Of a DNA stretch of 32,000 bases, positions 19,214 to 27,129 are shown piece after piece. Position numbers and translations under genes: made by a program. This DNA is from Vulcanisaeta distributa DSM 14429 (lineage in GTDB: Archaea; Thermoproteota; Thermoprotei; Thermoproteales; Thermocladiaceae): NCBI RefSeq assembly GCF_000148385.1, contig NC_014537.1:630001-662000 (forward strand). The letters run 5' to 3'. Under the pieces are notes generated by a model. That model was given only the letters and a program-made list of their open reading frames with translations. It was not told the origin of the DNA and did not search any database. The first letter of the stretch is position 1; each line of letters starts with the position of its first letter.

Positions 19214-20524
19214 ATGCACTGGCGATTTAATAACGTGACTGGGAGGGCAATTACCGAGGAGGTTAACGTTAGGGCCATGGTTGGTGGTATGCTTGGCTGG
19301 ATGGTTGATGTCTTCGACTTAACACTGGTCCTATTCATAGCCTCAGTCCTCGGTATATACTTCTTCCCACCAACGAATCTAATCGCCAGGTTACTCTTCG
19401 TCTTCGCCTCATACTCGCTGACCCTGCTTGCCAGGCCTTTGGGTGGTATTATATTTGGTCACGTGGCCGATAGGATTGGTAGGAGGCTCACCATGATGGT
19501 CACGTTAATGGGTTTGGGCATATCCTCAGCCTTAACCGGCGCGTTACCCACTTATCAAGAGGTTGGCTTATTGGCCACCGTGCTCTTCGTACTACTTAGG
19601 CTCCTGGTCGGCGTGTTCGTTGGCGGTGAGGTGAGTGGTTCGCACCTTGTGGCTATTGAGAGTTCATCACCCAGGTATAGGGGCTTGGTTAGTGGTGTAA
19701 TCGAGAGCGGTTATTACTGGGGGTATGCACTCGCGGCATTCACCTTCGCTTCGCTAAGGGATTACTTCGGCACAAGGGCCTTCGTGGCCTATGGCTGGAG
19801 GTATGCCTTCCTCATAGGCCTCGTGGTCGCCGTAGTAGGCATCCTACTGAGGCTCACGGTTGATGAACCAAGCATATACAGGGAATTGAAGAGTGCCGGT
19901 AGGGTTTCTAGGGCACCCGTCATTGAGTTCTTTAGGAGGGGTTACCGCGATGCGTTAATAGCCCTACTCCTACTCGCCGGAATCTTCTGGGTTGCCTATG
20001 CAACCCTCGGCTTCCTACCAACATACTTACAAACCTTCCTAAGGATGCCCCTATCCACGGTGTTCTGGGGATTGACCTACGCATCACTCATTGGCGGTGT
20101 GATAACGATAATTGGTGGCGTGTTGAGTAATGTGATTAGGAGGAAGTACGCATTCCTATACTACTCATTAATAGGTATTATACTCGCCTATCCATTAACG
20201 GTGGTTTTGAGGAGTTCCTTCTCAGCCCTCGTGGTCTCAGCCGGCATTTTAACGAGTGTAATGGGTACGGGCGGTGTCATGCTCGTGTACCTAGCCGAGC
20301 TATTCCCAACCCGGTTCAGGGGCTCCGCAATAGGCTTCCTGTGGAACATGGCCTCCATAGGGGCCACGGCAGCCCTACTCACCGCGCCATTCTGGCTCAG
20401 GCTAGGCCTCGTGATTGGCTACTCGGTAATGCTCATCGTTGGGTTCGTAATAGCAATAGTGGGCACCGCAATAACCCGTGATAACACAGGCATTGAGTTG
20501 AGGAGGCTCGATGAAGTCTCGTAA
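19214..20524 (+). CDS. Major facilitator superfamily transporter (metabolite:H+ symporter-like)
   Basis: There are about 12 predicted hydrophobic helices and the MFS loop 2-3 motif GHVADRIGRRLTMM. The true start may be later: a GTG at 19235 or an ATG at 19277. Confidence 0.85.
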   Translation: MHWRFNNVTGRAITEEVNVRAMVGGMLGWMVDVFDLTLVLFIASVLGIYFFPPTNLIARLLFVFASYSLTLLARPLGGIIFGHVADRIGRRLTMMVTLMGLGISSALTGALPTYQEVGLLATVLFVLLRLLVGVFVGGEVSGSHLVAIESSSPRYRGLVSGVIESGYYWGYALAAFTFASLRDYFGTRAFVAYGWRYAFLIGLVVAVVGILLRLTVDEPSIYRELKSAGRVSRAPVIEFFRRGYRDALIALLLLAGIFWVAYATLGFLPTYLQTFLRMPLSTVFWGLTYASLIGGVITIIGGVLSNVIRRKYAFLYYSLIGIILAYPLTVVLRSSFSALVVSAGILTSVMGTGGVMLVYLAELFPTRFRGSAIGFLWNMASIGATAALLTAPFWLRLGLVIGYSVMLIVGFVIAIVGTAITRDNTGIELRRLDEVS

Positions 20525-20690
20525 ATTAGCCATGGAATTTATCTTAAAGTTCTCGTGGTTTCATGTCTATTTTAATTAAGTTGTAATTCCAATTTCTTAG
20601 GCCAGAGTCCCAGCAATTACGCGGTCTAACCACCTTGGAGACTCCTCGTCATACTTAAGTAGGGTAGCTCATAATTACATTAATGGGGGC

Positions 20691-21725
20691 ATGCTTATTC
20701 ATATTTGCCATAGGCTCGATGAGTGCCTAGATAGGGCTAGGGTCCTTAGTGGCTTAACATCATTTAACGCAGCGACTGGGTTTGTTGATTATGATGGGTT
20801 ATCGTACGTACTTAATTACCTGGGGGGTATTGGTGATGTTAGGGTTGTGGTTGGTGACTTGGGTTCAATACCGAGGGTTATCTATGAGAGGTGGCGTGAT
20901 GTGATTAGGGTGTATCGAAGGCTACACACTAAGCTTTACTTACTTGGTAATGGTGTTGCCATTGTCGGTAGTGCTAATTTGACGGTTGGTGGTCTTTATG
21001 GTAATGTTGAGTTGAATGTCTTAATAAAGAATGGGGAGCTTTACGGTCAATTAATGAGGTATTTTGAGGAATTGTGGCTTAATGCTAAGCCGCTTACTGA
21101 GGATTACGTGGAGGATGTCGAGGAGGTCGAGGTTAGGAATACGAAGCGCAGCGCCGCTGGGTTTGTGAGTGAGGTGAATAGGGCATTACTAAGCATTTTG
21201 GGTGTCGATGAGGAGTGTTTAACCACGTTTAACCCAAGGCAGTGCGCGGCGATGGTTGCCGAGGCCATTAATAAGAGGTTCCGTGATTGTGAGGACCCTC
21301 CTGAGAGCTGTGTTGTGGCTGCTGTTGCTGAGGAATTGAACCTGAAGGTTAATGAGCTAGCTAGGCAGTTAATAAGCGGGCCTGGTTCAGCCGTTGTCGC
21401 AGGGCACCCGTTGTGTTGGGTTAAGGCCTTTATTAACCTGTTAAGGGCTGGTCGTGTAGGTGTTGAGGAGTTGAGTAGTGGTGTTAGGATTTACGAGGCC
21501 ATGGTTAGGGAGGCGTCGCGGGAATGCCCTGGCAGGGCTGGGGAGCTGGCCCGTGAAGAGCTCGTGAGGCTTCATGATGAGCGTTATAGGGATGACTATG
21601 TCAGGTGGAAGATACCATATAGGTTATTGCCGCTTGCCCTGGTGCTCCCAATCATTGGCTGTAGGTTGGTTGGTATTCGTAGGAGGGACGGTAGTGTGTT
21701 AAGGAGGTTGGCCTGTAATCAGTAG
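20691..21725 (+). CDS. PLD-family (single HKD motif) nuclease-like protein with Cys-rich C-terminal half
   Basis: HTKLYLLGNGVAIVGSANLT matches HxK(x)4(x)6GSxN of the phospholipase D / Nuc / BfiI superfamily, in one copy only. The C-terminal ~200 aa is unassigned and contains several Cys (EECL...RQC...RDCEDPPESC). Confidence 0.6.
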   Translation: MLIHICHRLDECLDRARVLSGLTSFNAATGFVDYDGLSYVLNYLGGIGDVRVVVGDLGSIPRVIYERWRDVIRVYRRLHTKLYLLGNGVAIVGSANLTVGGLYGNVELNVLIKNGELYGQLMRYFEELWLNAKPLTEDYVEDVEEVEVRNTKRSAAGFVSEVNRALLSILGVDEECLTTFNPRQCAAMVAEAINKRFRDCEDPPESCVVAAVAEELNLKVNELARQLISGPGSAVVAGHPLCWVKAFINLLRAGRVGVEELSSGVRIYEAMVREASRECPGRAGELAREELVRLHDERYRDDYVRWKIPYRLLPLALVLPIIGCRLVGIRRRDGSVLRRLACNQ

Positions 21726-21753
21726 GGTAGCTCTGTGTGTTGGTTGTTTAGGG

Positions 21754-22299
21754 TCATAGGCATGGCGTTGAGTCACCCATCAATTCCCTTAACTGCTTTA
21801 TACAGGGGTGTTTCGGGTCTAAGTGATTAATTATGGTTCTATAATCCTCCTCCCTAATTGATATTATTGAGAATTGCATGTGGTCCTGCCAACCACCACG
21901 ACCACTCCTTGCCTTGTTTGTGATGAAGTATAAATTATTTAATACGAGATAAATGCCCACAGCGCCTATGTAAATGTCGTTAAGCTTCTCAATCCCTATT
22001 AACATATTGAATTTATTCTTCGGATTCCACTCATTAACGGCTGGGTGATCGGGACGCAATAAACCACTACTCCTAACTCTATAAGGTCCTAAGAATACCC
22101 TCTGGCACCTATTGGGTGCGTTAACTATCCTCACCCTCAACGATCTAACGTAGAAGATCATGAGATCGCCGGGTTTCACGAGGTCCCTTGCCGTAATTCC
22201 GTACTTCTCATCATCAACGCCAAACACGCAATACCTTAGGCAGGTGATAAGGTTTTGCGGACTAGTGGTAAAGACCCAGTGCATGCCGGTGTTGTCCAT
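21754..22299 (-). CDS. EVE/PUA-like (COG1673-type) domain protein, stand-alone
   Basis: MHWVFTTSPQNLITCLRYCVFGV...LVKPGDLMIFYV...FSIISIREEDYRTI matches the archaeal EVE/PUA-like pattern over its whole length. It is convergent with the PLD-like gene (28-nt gap). Confidence 0.55.
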   Translation of the reverse strand: MDNTGMHWVFTTSPQNLITCLRYCVFGVDDEKYGITARDLVKPGDLMIFYVRSLRVRIVNAPNRCQRVFLGPYRVRSSGLLRPDHPAVNEWNPKNKFNMLIGIEKLNDIYIGAVGIYLVLNNLYFITNKARSGRGGWQDHMQFSIISIREEDYRTIINHLDPKHPCIKQLRELMGDSTPCL

Positions 22300-22423
22300 T
22301 AATGATTTTTACCATAGGTCAAATATAATGTTTAATCAATGGAGAGCACCTCTAATTGCTCAGTGCTGTGGTGATCCATGATAACCAGGTATCAATGCCT
22401 TAAAACCATAAATCATTTCTTAA

Positions 22424-22858
22424 TTAGGAAATTTCTAGGCCCAGGGACTTTAACACGGCTCTCATAATGTCAACAGCCCTCCTAGCCATGCCCAGGGCAG
22501 CTTCGGCGTCACCTCGGCTGTATATTTCCCAGGGAGTTAATCCACGTTCAGGCTCTCCATACGTGCTCCTACCATGCTCGGGCGCCAACCTCCTCACTAT
22601 CACCGCTAATTCACTTACCAATTCCGTTAAATTCCTCGGTAGGTTAGCCATTACATCCTCCAACTCGCCAGACGGGTCATGACTCCAACTCGGTATCCTA
22701 TAAATGGCTATGACGGCCTTAGCCGCGTTTTCAGCAGACAACTGCGCAGCGGCGACGGTGCCCCTCCAATCACCCCGACTGAATGCCTCATTGGCCTCCC
22801 TGAGGTAGTTAATGGCTAGCCTATACCTGTAATTGACCTCATCGATTGGGTCATACAT
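22424..22858 (-). CDS. HEPN domain protein (toxin-type partner of MNT)
   Basis: It is all-helical, has the Rx4H motif (RRLAPEH followed by STYG), and overlaps the upstream nucleotidyltransferase gene by 8 nt. Confidence 0.8.
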   Translation of the reverse strand: MYDPIDEVNYRYRLAINYLREANEAFSRGDWRGTVAAAQLSAENAAKAVIAIYRIPSWSHDPSGELEDVMANLPRNLTELVSELAVIVRRLAPEHGRSTYGEPERGLTPWEIYSRGDAEAALGMARRAVDIMRAVLKSLGLEIS

Positions 22859-23315
22859 TAACCCTCACCGACTTAATCATCGGCCTTCCATCAGCCCTCA
22901 TCCACCCATACTTCCCATCCCTAGTCCTATACCTGACCAGGCCCTCATTCTCTATGAATTTAATCACGGAATCCTTAAAACGCCTCAGGTCACCATACCT
23001 ATCACAGATTATTACCCCATCCCACGCCATGTTGATTGCCAACGCCGTCAATTTACCGCTGAGCTCGCTCCTCCTCATATCTACCAGTGTTATATCGCGC
23101 TTAACGAATCGCCTAAGCACCTCATAGGCCCTAGCCCTAACATCTAACCCGCTCAGCGTGTTGAATAGTACCATTACGTCAACATCACTATCCTCACGTG
23201 CCTCACCCCTCGCCCAGCTACCAAAGAGCATGAGCCCAAGGAACTCATCGCCGAACTCACCCTCTAAGTCCCTGCATGCCATCCTCAGTAAGTTGATAAG
23301 CTCATTAAGGTTCAC
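22851..23315 (-). CDS. Minimal nucleotidyltransferase (MNT, Pol-beta superfamily)
   Basis: LMLFGSWARGEAREDSDVDVMVLF matches the GSxxRGx(n)SDxDxxV signature. Confidence 0.85.
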   Translation of the reverse strand: MNLNELINLLRMACRDLEGEFGDEFLGLMLFGSWARGEAREDSDVDVMVLFNTLSGLDVRARAYEVLRRFVKRDITLVDMRRSELSGKLTALAINMAWDGVIICDRYGDLRRFKDSVIKFIENEGLVRYRTRDGKYGWMRADGRPMIKSVRVNV

Positions 23316-23525
23316 GAATCCTCATTAATTGAGTGTTGCTGGCCTTTATATTCATTTATTCACAAACCTCGCATAAACGTCTTCTCTTCCTTTCTTCCTT
23401 AACTCATAAGGAATGCCTAAGCCCTTACACTTATGTGATGACGCTAAGTAAGGCCTTTTCGAGCCACCTCGCTCAACATCATTGAGCGGTCAATATTTTT
23501 AAATCCTGTTATGTTGTGATCATTG

Positions 23526-23831
23526 ATGAATGTAAGATCAGTGCTATCTATGGTCACCGTGGTTGTTGCGGTGGTTATTGTCTTGTTTGTGGTTATGTAC
23601 CTCCTCACGCCTAGGTACCCACCTCCGGGCATAACCATTGTTCCTAGTATTGATTATGGCTTCCTCCCCTGCAATGACCACTTCGTTATCATTCCTGGCG
23701 ACTCGATGGTTGCCCCCATTATCACGTTCATGGTGATGTTGCAGCTAATGGTGTGTGATTTACATGGCTTTTCCAGCGAGTATAGTCAGCGAGGCTCTAA
23801 CGGCGTTATCGAAGCTATCAAACCTCAGTGA
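23526..23831 (+). CDS. Hypothetical small protein with N-terminal transmembrane or signal-anchor helix
   Basis: MNVRSVLSMVTVVVAVVIVLFVVMYLL is the hydrophobic N-terminus. The TATA-like ATATTTTTAAAT lies 22-30 nt upstream of the ATG. Coding quality is uncertain. Confidence 0.35.
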   Translation: MNVRSVLSMVTVVVAVVIVLFVVMYLLTPRYPPPGITIVPSIDYGFLPCNDHFVIIPGDSMVAPIITFMVMLQLMVCDLHGFSSEYSQRGSNGVIEAIKPQ

Positions 23832-23857
23832 TGCCTTGATCATGGGCGTGTACATCG

Positions 23858-24058
23858 ATGGAAAAATTAATCGCAAGCACCAACAATCCAGGTCCAATAC
23901 CTGGCCTGAAGTTTACTGTTAGCCATCCCAATGGCACGATTTCCGTGGGTTACACAAGTGACGGTGTCTTCTTCCAAACGACTAACCTAACGAGTGGTGA
24001 TGTAATAACCGTTGTGATTTACTCGGCAGTGCCCTATGCATTACCTCGTGTGCCGTGA
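23858..24058 (+). CDS. Hypothetical small beta-rich protein (66 aa)
   Basis: This ORF follows the previous one by 26 nt but in a different frame. It could be the remnant of a longer frameshifted gene. Confidence 0.25.
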   Translation: MEKLIASTNNPGPIPGLKFTVSHPNGTISVGYTSDGVFFQTTNLTSGDVITVVIYSAVPYALPRVP

Positions 24059-24532
24059 CCAACGAGAGTGAGGAGGTTGAGTTGATGGTTAGGAATAATT
24101 AGATTGGTGTGATGGGCATAACCAACGGCACACCAACGGCTGAACAACTCTACGTGGAGGGCAAATACATAACGGAGGTGCCCATAATCTAGTAATAAAC
24201 GTTATAAGCCTAATAAGCCGACTACCACAGGAACTAACACCAAACCTCCTAGCAAGCGCAAGACCACTAGCCATTGAATACGCACCATCATTCGCAATCG
24301 GGCAATCACTACCACTAACAGGCAATAGACGATGAGCATGTCAGACAAACTCAAGATTGCATTAATCCTTGCCCTTTGAGGATCATGATAATGCTGTCCT
24401 GCTTTATTTGCTTTATGAGCGCATAAATTATTAGGAGCGTAGTTGGTATTGGGTATGGTTAATGCAGTATCCTGCTTTAGTTGTGTAATAATTATCAAAT
24501 AGTCAGGGGTTTACTGAGTGGCGTGATTGGCC

Positions 24533-25021
24533 ATGGGTGGGTTTAGGGAGGAGCTTAATGGTGCCGTTAGGTTGATTAATTCGGTGTTAATTGTGCAGGT
24601 TATTTCCATGGTCATTAGCGTAATTGCCCTTTACCTAATTCATGACTTAATTGTTCATGCATCATTAATGGCATTATCAATGGTCCTCCTCGTGGCGGCG
24701 TTGATAGACTTGCTTAGGGTGCTCAGTAAGGTTAAGGAGCTATACCTCACTAGGATTAGGGATGCTATTTGGACCCATAAGGCGGCCCTCGACGTGAATA
24801 GGGAAAGTAGGGAGTTGTGGGTTAGGGCTAGGGACTACGTCATGGCCCTCCTAATCATGGTCATAGCATCACTATCGTTAACACCGTACTTACTGATTAA
24901 GTCGTTAGGCCTGGCACCACCTTACTGCGTAATTACCTGGGTAAACCTCGCCCTGCTAGTAACCACCTCGCTCACAGAGGTTTACGTAATAGCCAGGGTG
25001 GAGTGCTCAATATGGATTTAA
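24533..25021 (+). CDS. Hypothetical membrane protein (about 4 helices)
   Basis: It has four hydrophobic segments separated by a charged helical region (KVKELYLTRIRDAIWTHKAALDVNRESRELWVRARD). I recognised no motif. Confidence 0.5.
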   Translation: MGGFREELNGAVRLINSVLIVQVISMVISVIALYLIHDLIVHASLMALSMVLLVAALIDLLRVLSKVKELYLTRIRDAIWTHKAALDVNRESRELWVRARDYVMALLIMVIASLSLTPYLLIKSLGLAPPYCVITWVNLALLVTTSLTEVYVIARVECSIWI

Positions 25022-25148
25022 CGATGAGTTAACGCGCCAACGGGATAACATCGCAATGGGGGTTCCCAGTAAGATGAGATGCGGCGCTATAAAGGCGATG
25101 ACGACCTAAAATGCCCACGGGTTAAAAACAAAATAACGACTGTGTTGG

Positions 25149-25266
25149 TGGGGCCGCCGGGATTTGAACCCGGGATCACTCGGGCTCGCGTCTGCTACGT
25201 TGATCCCGAGCCGAGCCTCAGGCGTGGTTGAACCCACGTATCCTAGCCAGGCTAGACTACGGCCCC
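25149..25266 (-). tRNA. tRNA-Pro (anticodon CGG) with two introns (25/26, 23 nt, at 25217-25239; 37/38, 20 nt, at 25185-25204)
   Basis: The inferred mature sequence is GGGGCCG-UA-GUCU-AGCCUGGCUA-GGAU-G-CUCGG-CUCGGGC-CCGAG-UGAUC-CCGGG-UUCAAAU-CCCGG-CGGCCCC-A (75 nt). It has U8, A14, G18G19, U33, G37 and a T-loop UUCAAAU. Both introns lie in bulge-helix-bulge motifs. ACCA is encoded (25146-25149). A TATA-like CTTAAATT lies ~25 nt upstream. Confidence 0.85.
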
Positions 25267-25430
25267 GCCAAGGAGTTGGTTTAGGGGAATTTAAGTTTTC
25301 CGTGTTTTACCCGTGAGGTTGTTTTTCATGGTTATTGTTTAAATAATTATTTAAATAATTTCGCCATATTTACCGGGGTTTTAATGAGTAAATTTTTAAA
25401 TAAAAGTGTTAATTGGGGTGTTGATGGGTC

Positions 25431-26075
25431 ATGGGTGGTGTTGAGCTTGTTAGGGTTTATGGGGGGCAGTTGTTTCATGAGGTGGAGGTTTTTGGTCTTA
25501 GGCGTAGCTTGCCTATAGTGCCTATTGGCTTTGGTTTGTGGATTGCCTCGGATGCCGGGCTTGTGCTTGGTGATGTGGAGTTCATTGGTAAGGCTAGTCA
25601 TGAGGTCGCCAGGGTTGTGAGGCAGTACGACCCGGATGTCATCGTTACGGCCGAGGCCAAGGCCATTGCCATGGCCTATGAAGTGGCTAAGAACCTCGGC
25701 CACGGCAGATTCGTGGCCGTTAGGAAGAGTGTTAAGGGCTACATGAGGGGCTACATTACTGAGAACGTGAAGTCAATAACAACCAGGAAGCCTCAAACCC
25801 TCGTACTCACTAACGAGGATGCGGAGTTTATCAGGGGTAGGAGGGTGTGCCTATTTGATGATGTCGTGTCCACGGGTAGCACCATGGGGGCTCTAGAGAG
25901 GCTCGTCAACAGGGTTGGTGGTGAGGTTGTTTGTAAGGCGTGTATTTGGCGTGAGGGTCCCTGGTACACATCCAACGACCTGGTGTTCTTCGATTACCTG
26001 CCAATCTACGTCTCGAGGGAGCTATACAGTAGATTCATAGGTGGGTCACCCATTGGGGTGGTAGGCGGTGAGTGA
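25431..26075 (+). CDS. Type I phosphoribosyltransferase (adenine/purine PRTase-like)
   Basis: The PRPP-binding motif VCLFDDVVSTGSTMGA is present. The gene overlaps the downstream purP by 8 nt. A TATA-like AAATTTTTAAATAAAA lies 25-40 nt upstream. Confidence 0.75.
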   Translation: MGGVELVRVYGGQLFHEVEVFGLRRSLPIVPIGFGLWIASDAGLVLGDVEFIGKASHEVARVVRQYDPDVIVTAEAKAIAMAYEVAKNLGHGRFVAVRKSVKGYMRGYITENVKSITTRKPQTLVLTNEDAEFIRGRRVCLFDDVVSTGSTMGALERLVNRVGGEVVCKACIWREGPWYTSNDLVFFDYLPIYVSRELYSRFIGGSPIGVVGGE

Positions 26076-27129
26076 GGTCCTTGCTAGGTATGACCTGGAT
26101 AGGGTCACCATAGCCACGCTGGCCAGCCACTCATCGCTCCAGATATTCCACGGAGCTAAGCTTGAGGGCTTTGGGACCGTGGCCATCGTGCCCAGGGATA
26201 GGCTTTGGTTTTATGAGCAGTTTAGGCACTTGATTGACCACTTCATAGTCCTTAACAACTGGAGGGAGTTGTGTAGCCCCGACGTGGTCAGGAAGCTCCA
26301 ATCGTTGAATGCCATATTGGTGCCCCACGGTAGTTACGTGGAGTACGTGGGTCTTGACTGCGCCGAGGGTATTGAGTTGCCCATCTTTGGGCTTAGGGGC
26401 TTATTTAGGGTTGAGAGTGACCAGTGGGCTAAGATGGACCTTCTCAGGAGGGCTGGTATACCAATACCGAGGCTTTTCAGTGTTGGTGATGATGTTGATG
26501 GGCCCGTGATAGTCAAGTTACCGGGTGCGAAGGGTGGTAGGGGTTATTTCATAGCTAGGTCTGGGGAGGAGGTTGCCAGGGGCGTTGAGGAGAGGGTTAA
26601 GGAAGGCTTGGTAAAGACGCCCAAGGACGCCATTGTGCAGGAGTATCTAATAGGCGTTCCAGTATACATACATTACTTCCACAGCCCAATACTGGGTAGG
26701 GTGGAGATATTGGGCGCCGACATTAGGTATGAAACCAATATTGATGGCTTAAGGAGGCTAACGCCGGATATTATCGTGGAGATGGGCCTAAAGCCCACCT
26801 TTGTCGTTGTGGGGAACATACCGCTTGTACTTAGGGAGAGCCTACTACCCAGGGTCCTCGACTATGGCATTAGGTTTGTTGAGGAGACCAGGAGAAGCCT
26901 ACCACCCGGAGTCATTGGGCCCTTCTCCCTGGAGGGGGTCATAGACGATGAGGCTAATATAAGGATCTTCGAGTTCTCAGGAAGGATTGTTGCCGGGACT
27001 AACCTATACGTTTACGGTAGCCCATACTCATACCTCTACTGGGGTGAGCCCATGAGCATGGGTAGGAGGATTGCTAGGGAGATTAGGATGGCCATTGAGA
27101 AGGACGAGCTCAATAGGGTGGTCACATGA
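26068..27129 (+). CDS. purP: 5-formaminoimidazole-4-carboxamide ribonucleotide (FAICAR) synthetase PurP, ATP-grasp (paralogue 1)
   Basis: It shows end-to-end resemblance to archaeal PurP: [77 protein letters not shown] and [11 protein letters not shown]. Confidence 0.9.
   Translation: MSEVLARYDLDRVTIATLASHSSLQIFHGAKLEGFGTVAIVPRDRLWFYEQFRHLIDHFIVLNNWRELCSPDVVRKLQSLNAILVPHGSYVEYVGLDCAEGIELPIFGLRGLFRVESDQWAKMDLLRRAGIPIPRLFSVGDDVDGPVIVKLPGAKGGRGYFIARSGEEVARGVEERVKEGLVKTPKDAIVQEYLIGVPVYIHYFHSPILGRVEILGADIRYETNIDGLRRLTPDIIVEMGLKPTFVVVGNIPLVLRESLLPRVLDYGIRFVEETRRSLPPGVIGPFSLEGVIDDEANIRIFEFSGRIVAGTNLYVYGSPYSYLYWGEPMSMGRRIAREIRMAIEKDELNRVVT

Noticed and set aside
24089-24498. Minus-strand ORFs of 78 and 98 aa
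   Set aside because: They overlap each other, have low-complexity Cys/Arg/Leu- and Ile/Asn/Leu-rich compositions, have no promoter-like element, and lie in the apparently decayed AT-rich region.
25217-25239. Perfect hairpin CGUGG-GUUCAA-CCACG inside the tRNA gene, considered as an anticodon arm (UCA/Sec-like or CAA/Leu-like)
   Set aside because: The loop has 6 nt rather than 7, and no register gives U33 plus a purine at 37 with a paired stem. It fits exactly as the inner helix of the BHB motif of intron 1, whereas CUCGG/CCGAG with loop CUCGGGC gives a proper Pro(CGG) arm.
25338-25360. Tandem TTTAAATAATT x2 (12-nt period; the central AATAATTATT is palindromic) between the tRNA and PRTase genes, and the 118-aa minus ORF at 25347-25703
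   Set aside because: The repeat is most simply a pair of TATA-like boxes in a divergent promoter region, and I cannot separate it from AT-rich background. The ORF is antisense to the PRTase 5' end and has an implausible composition.
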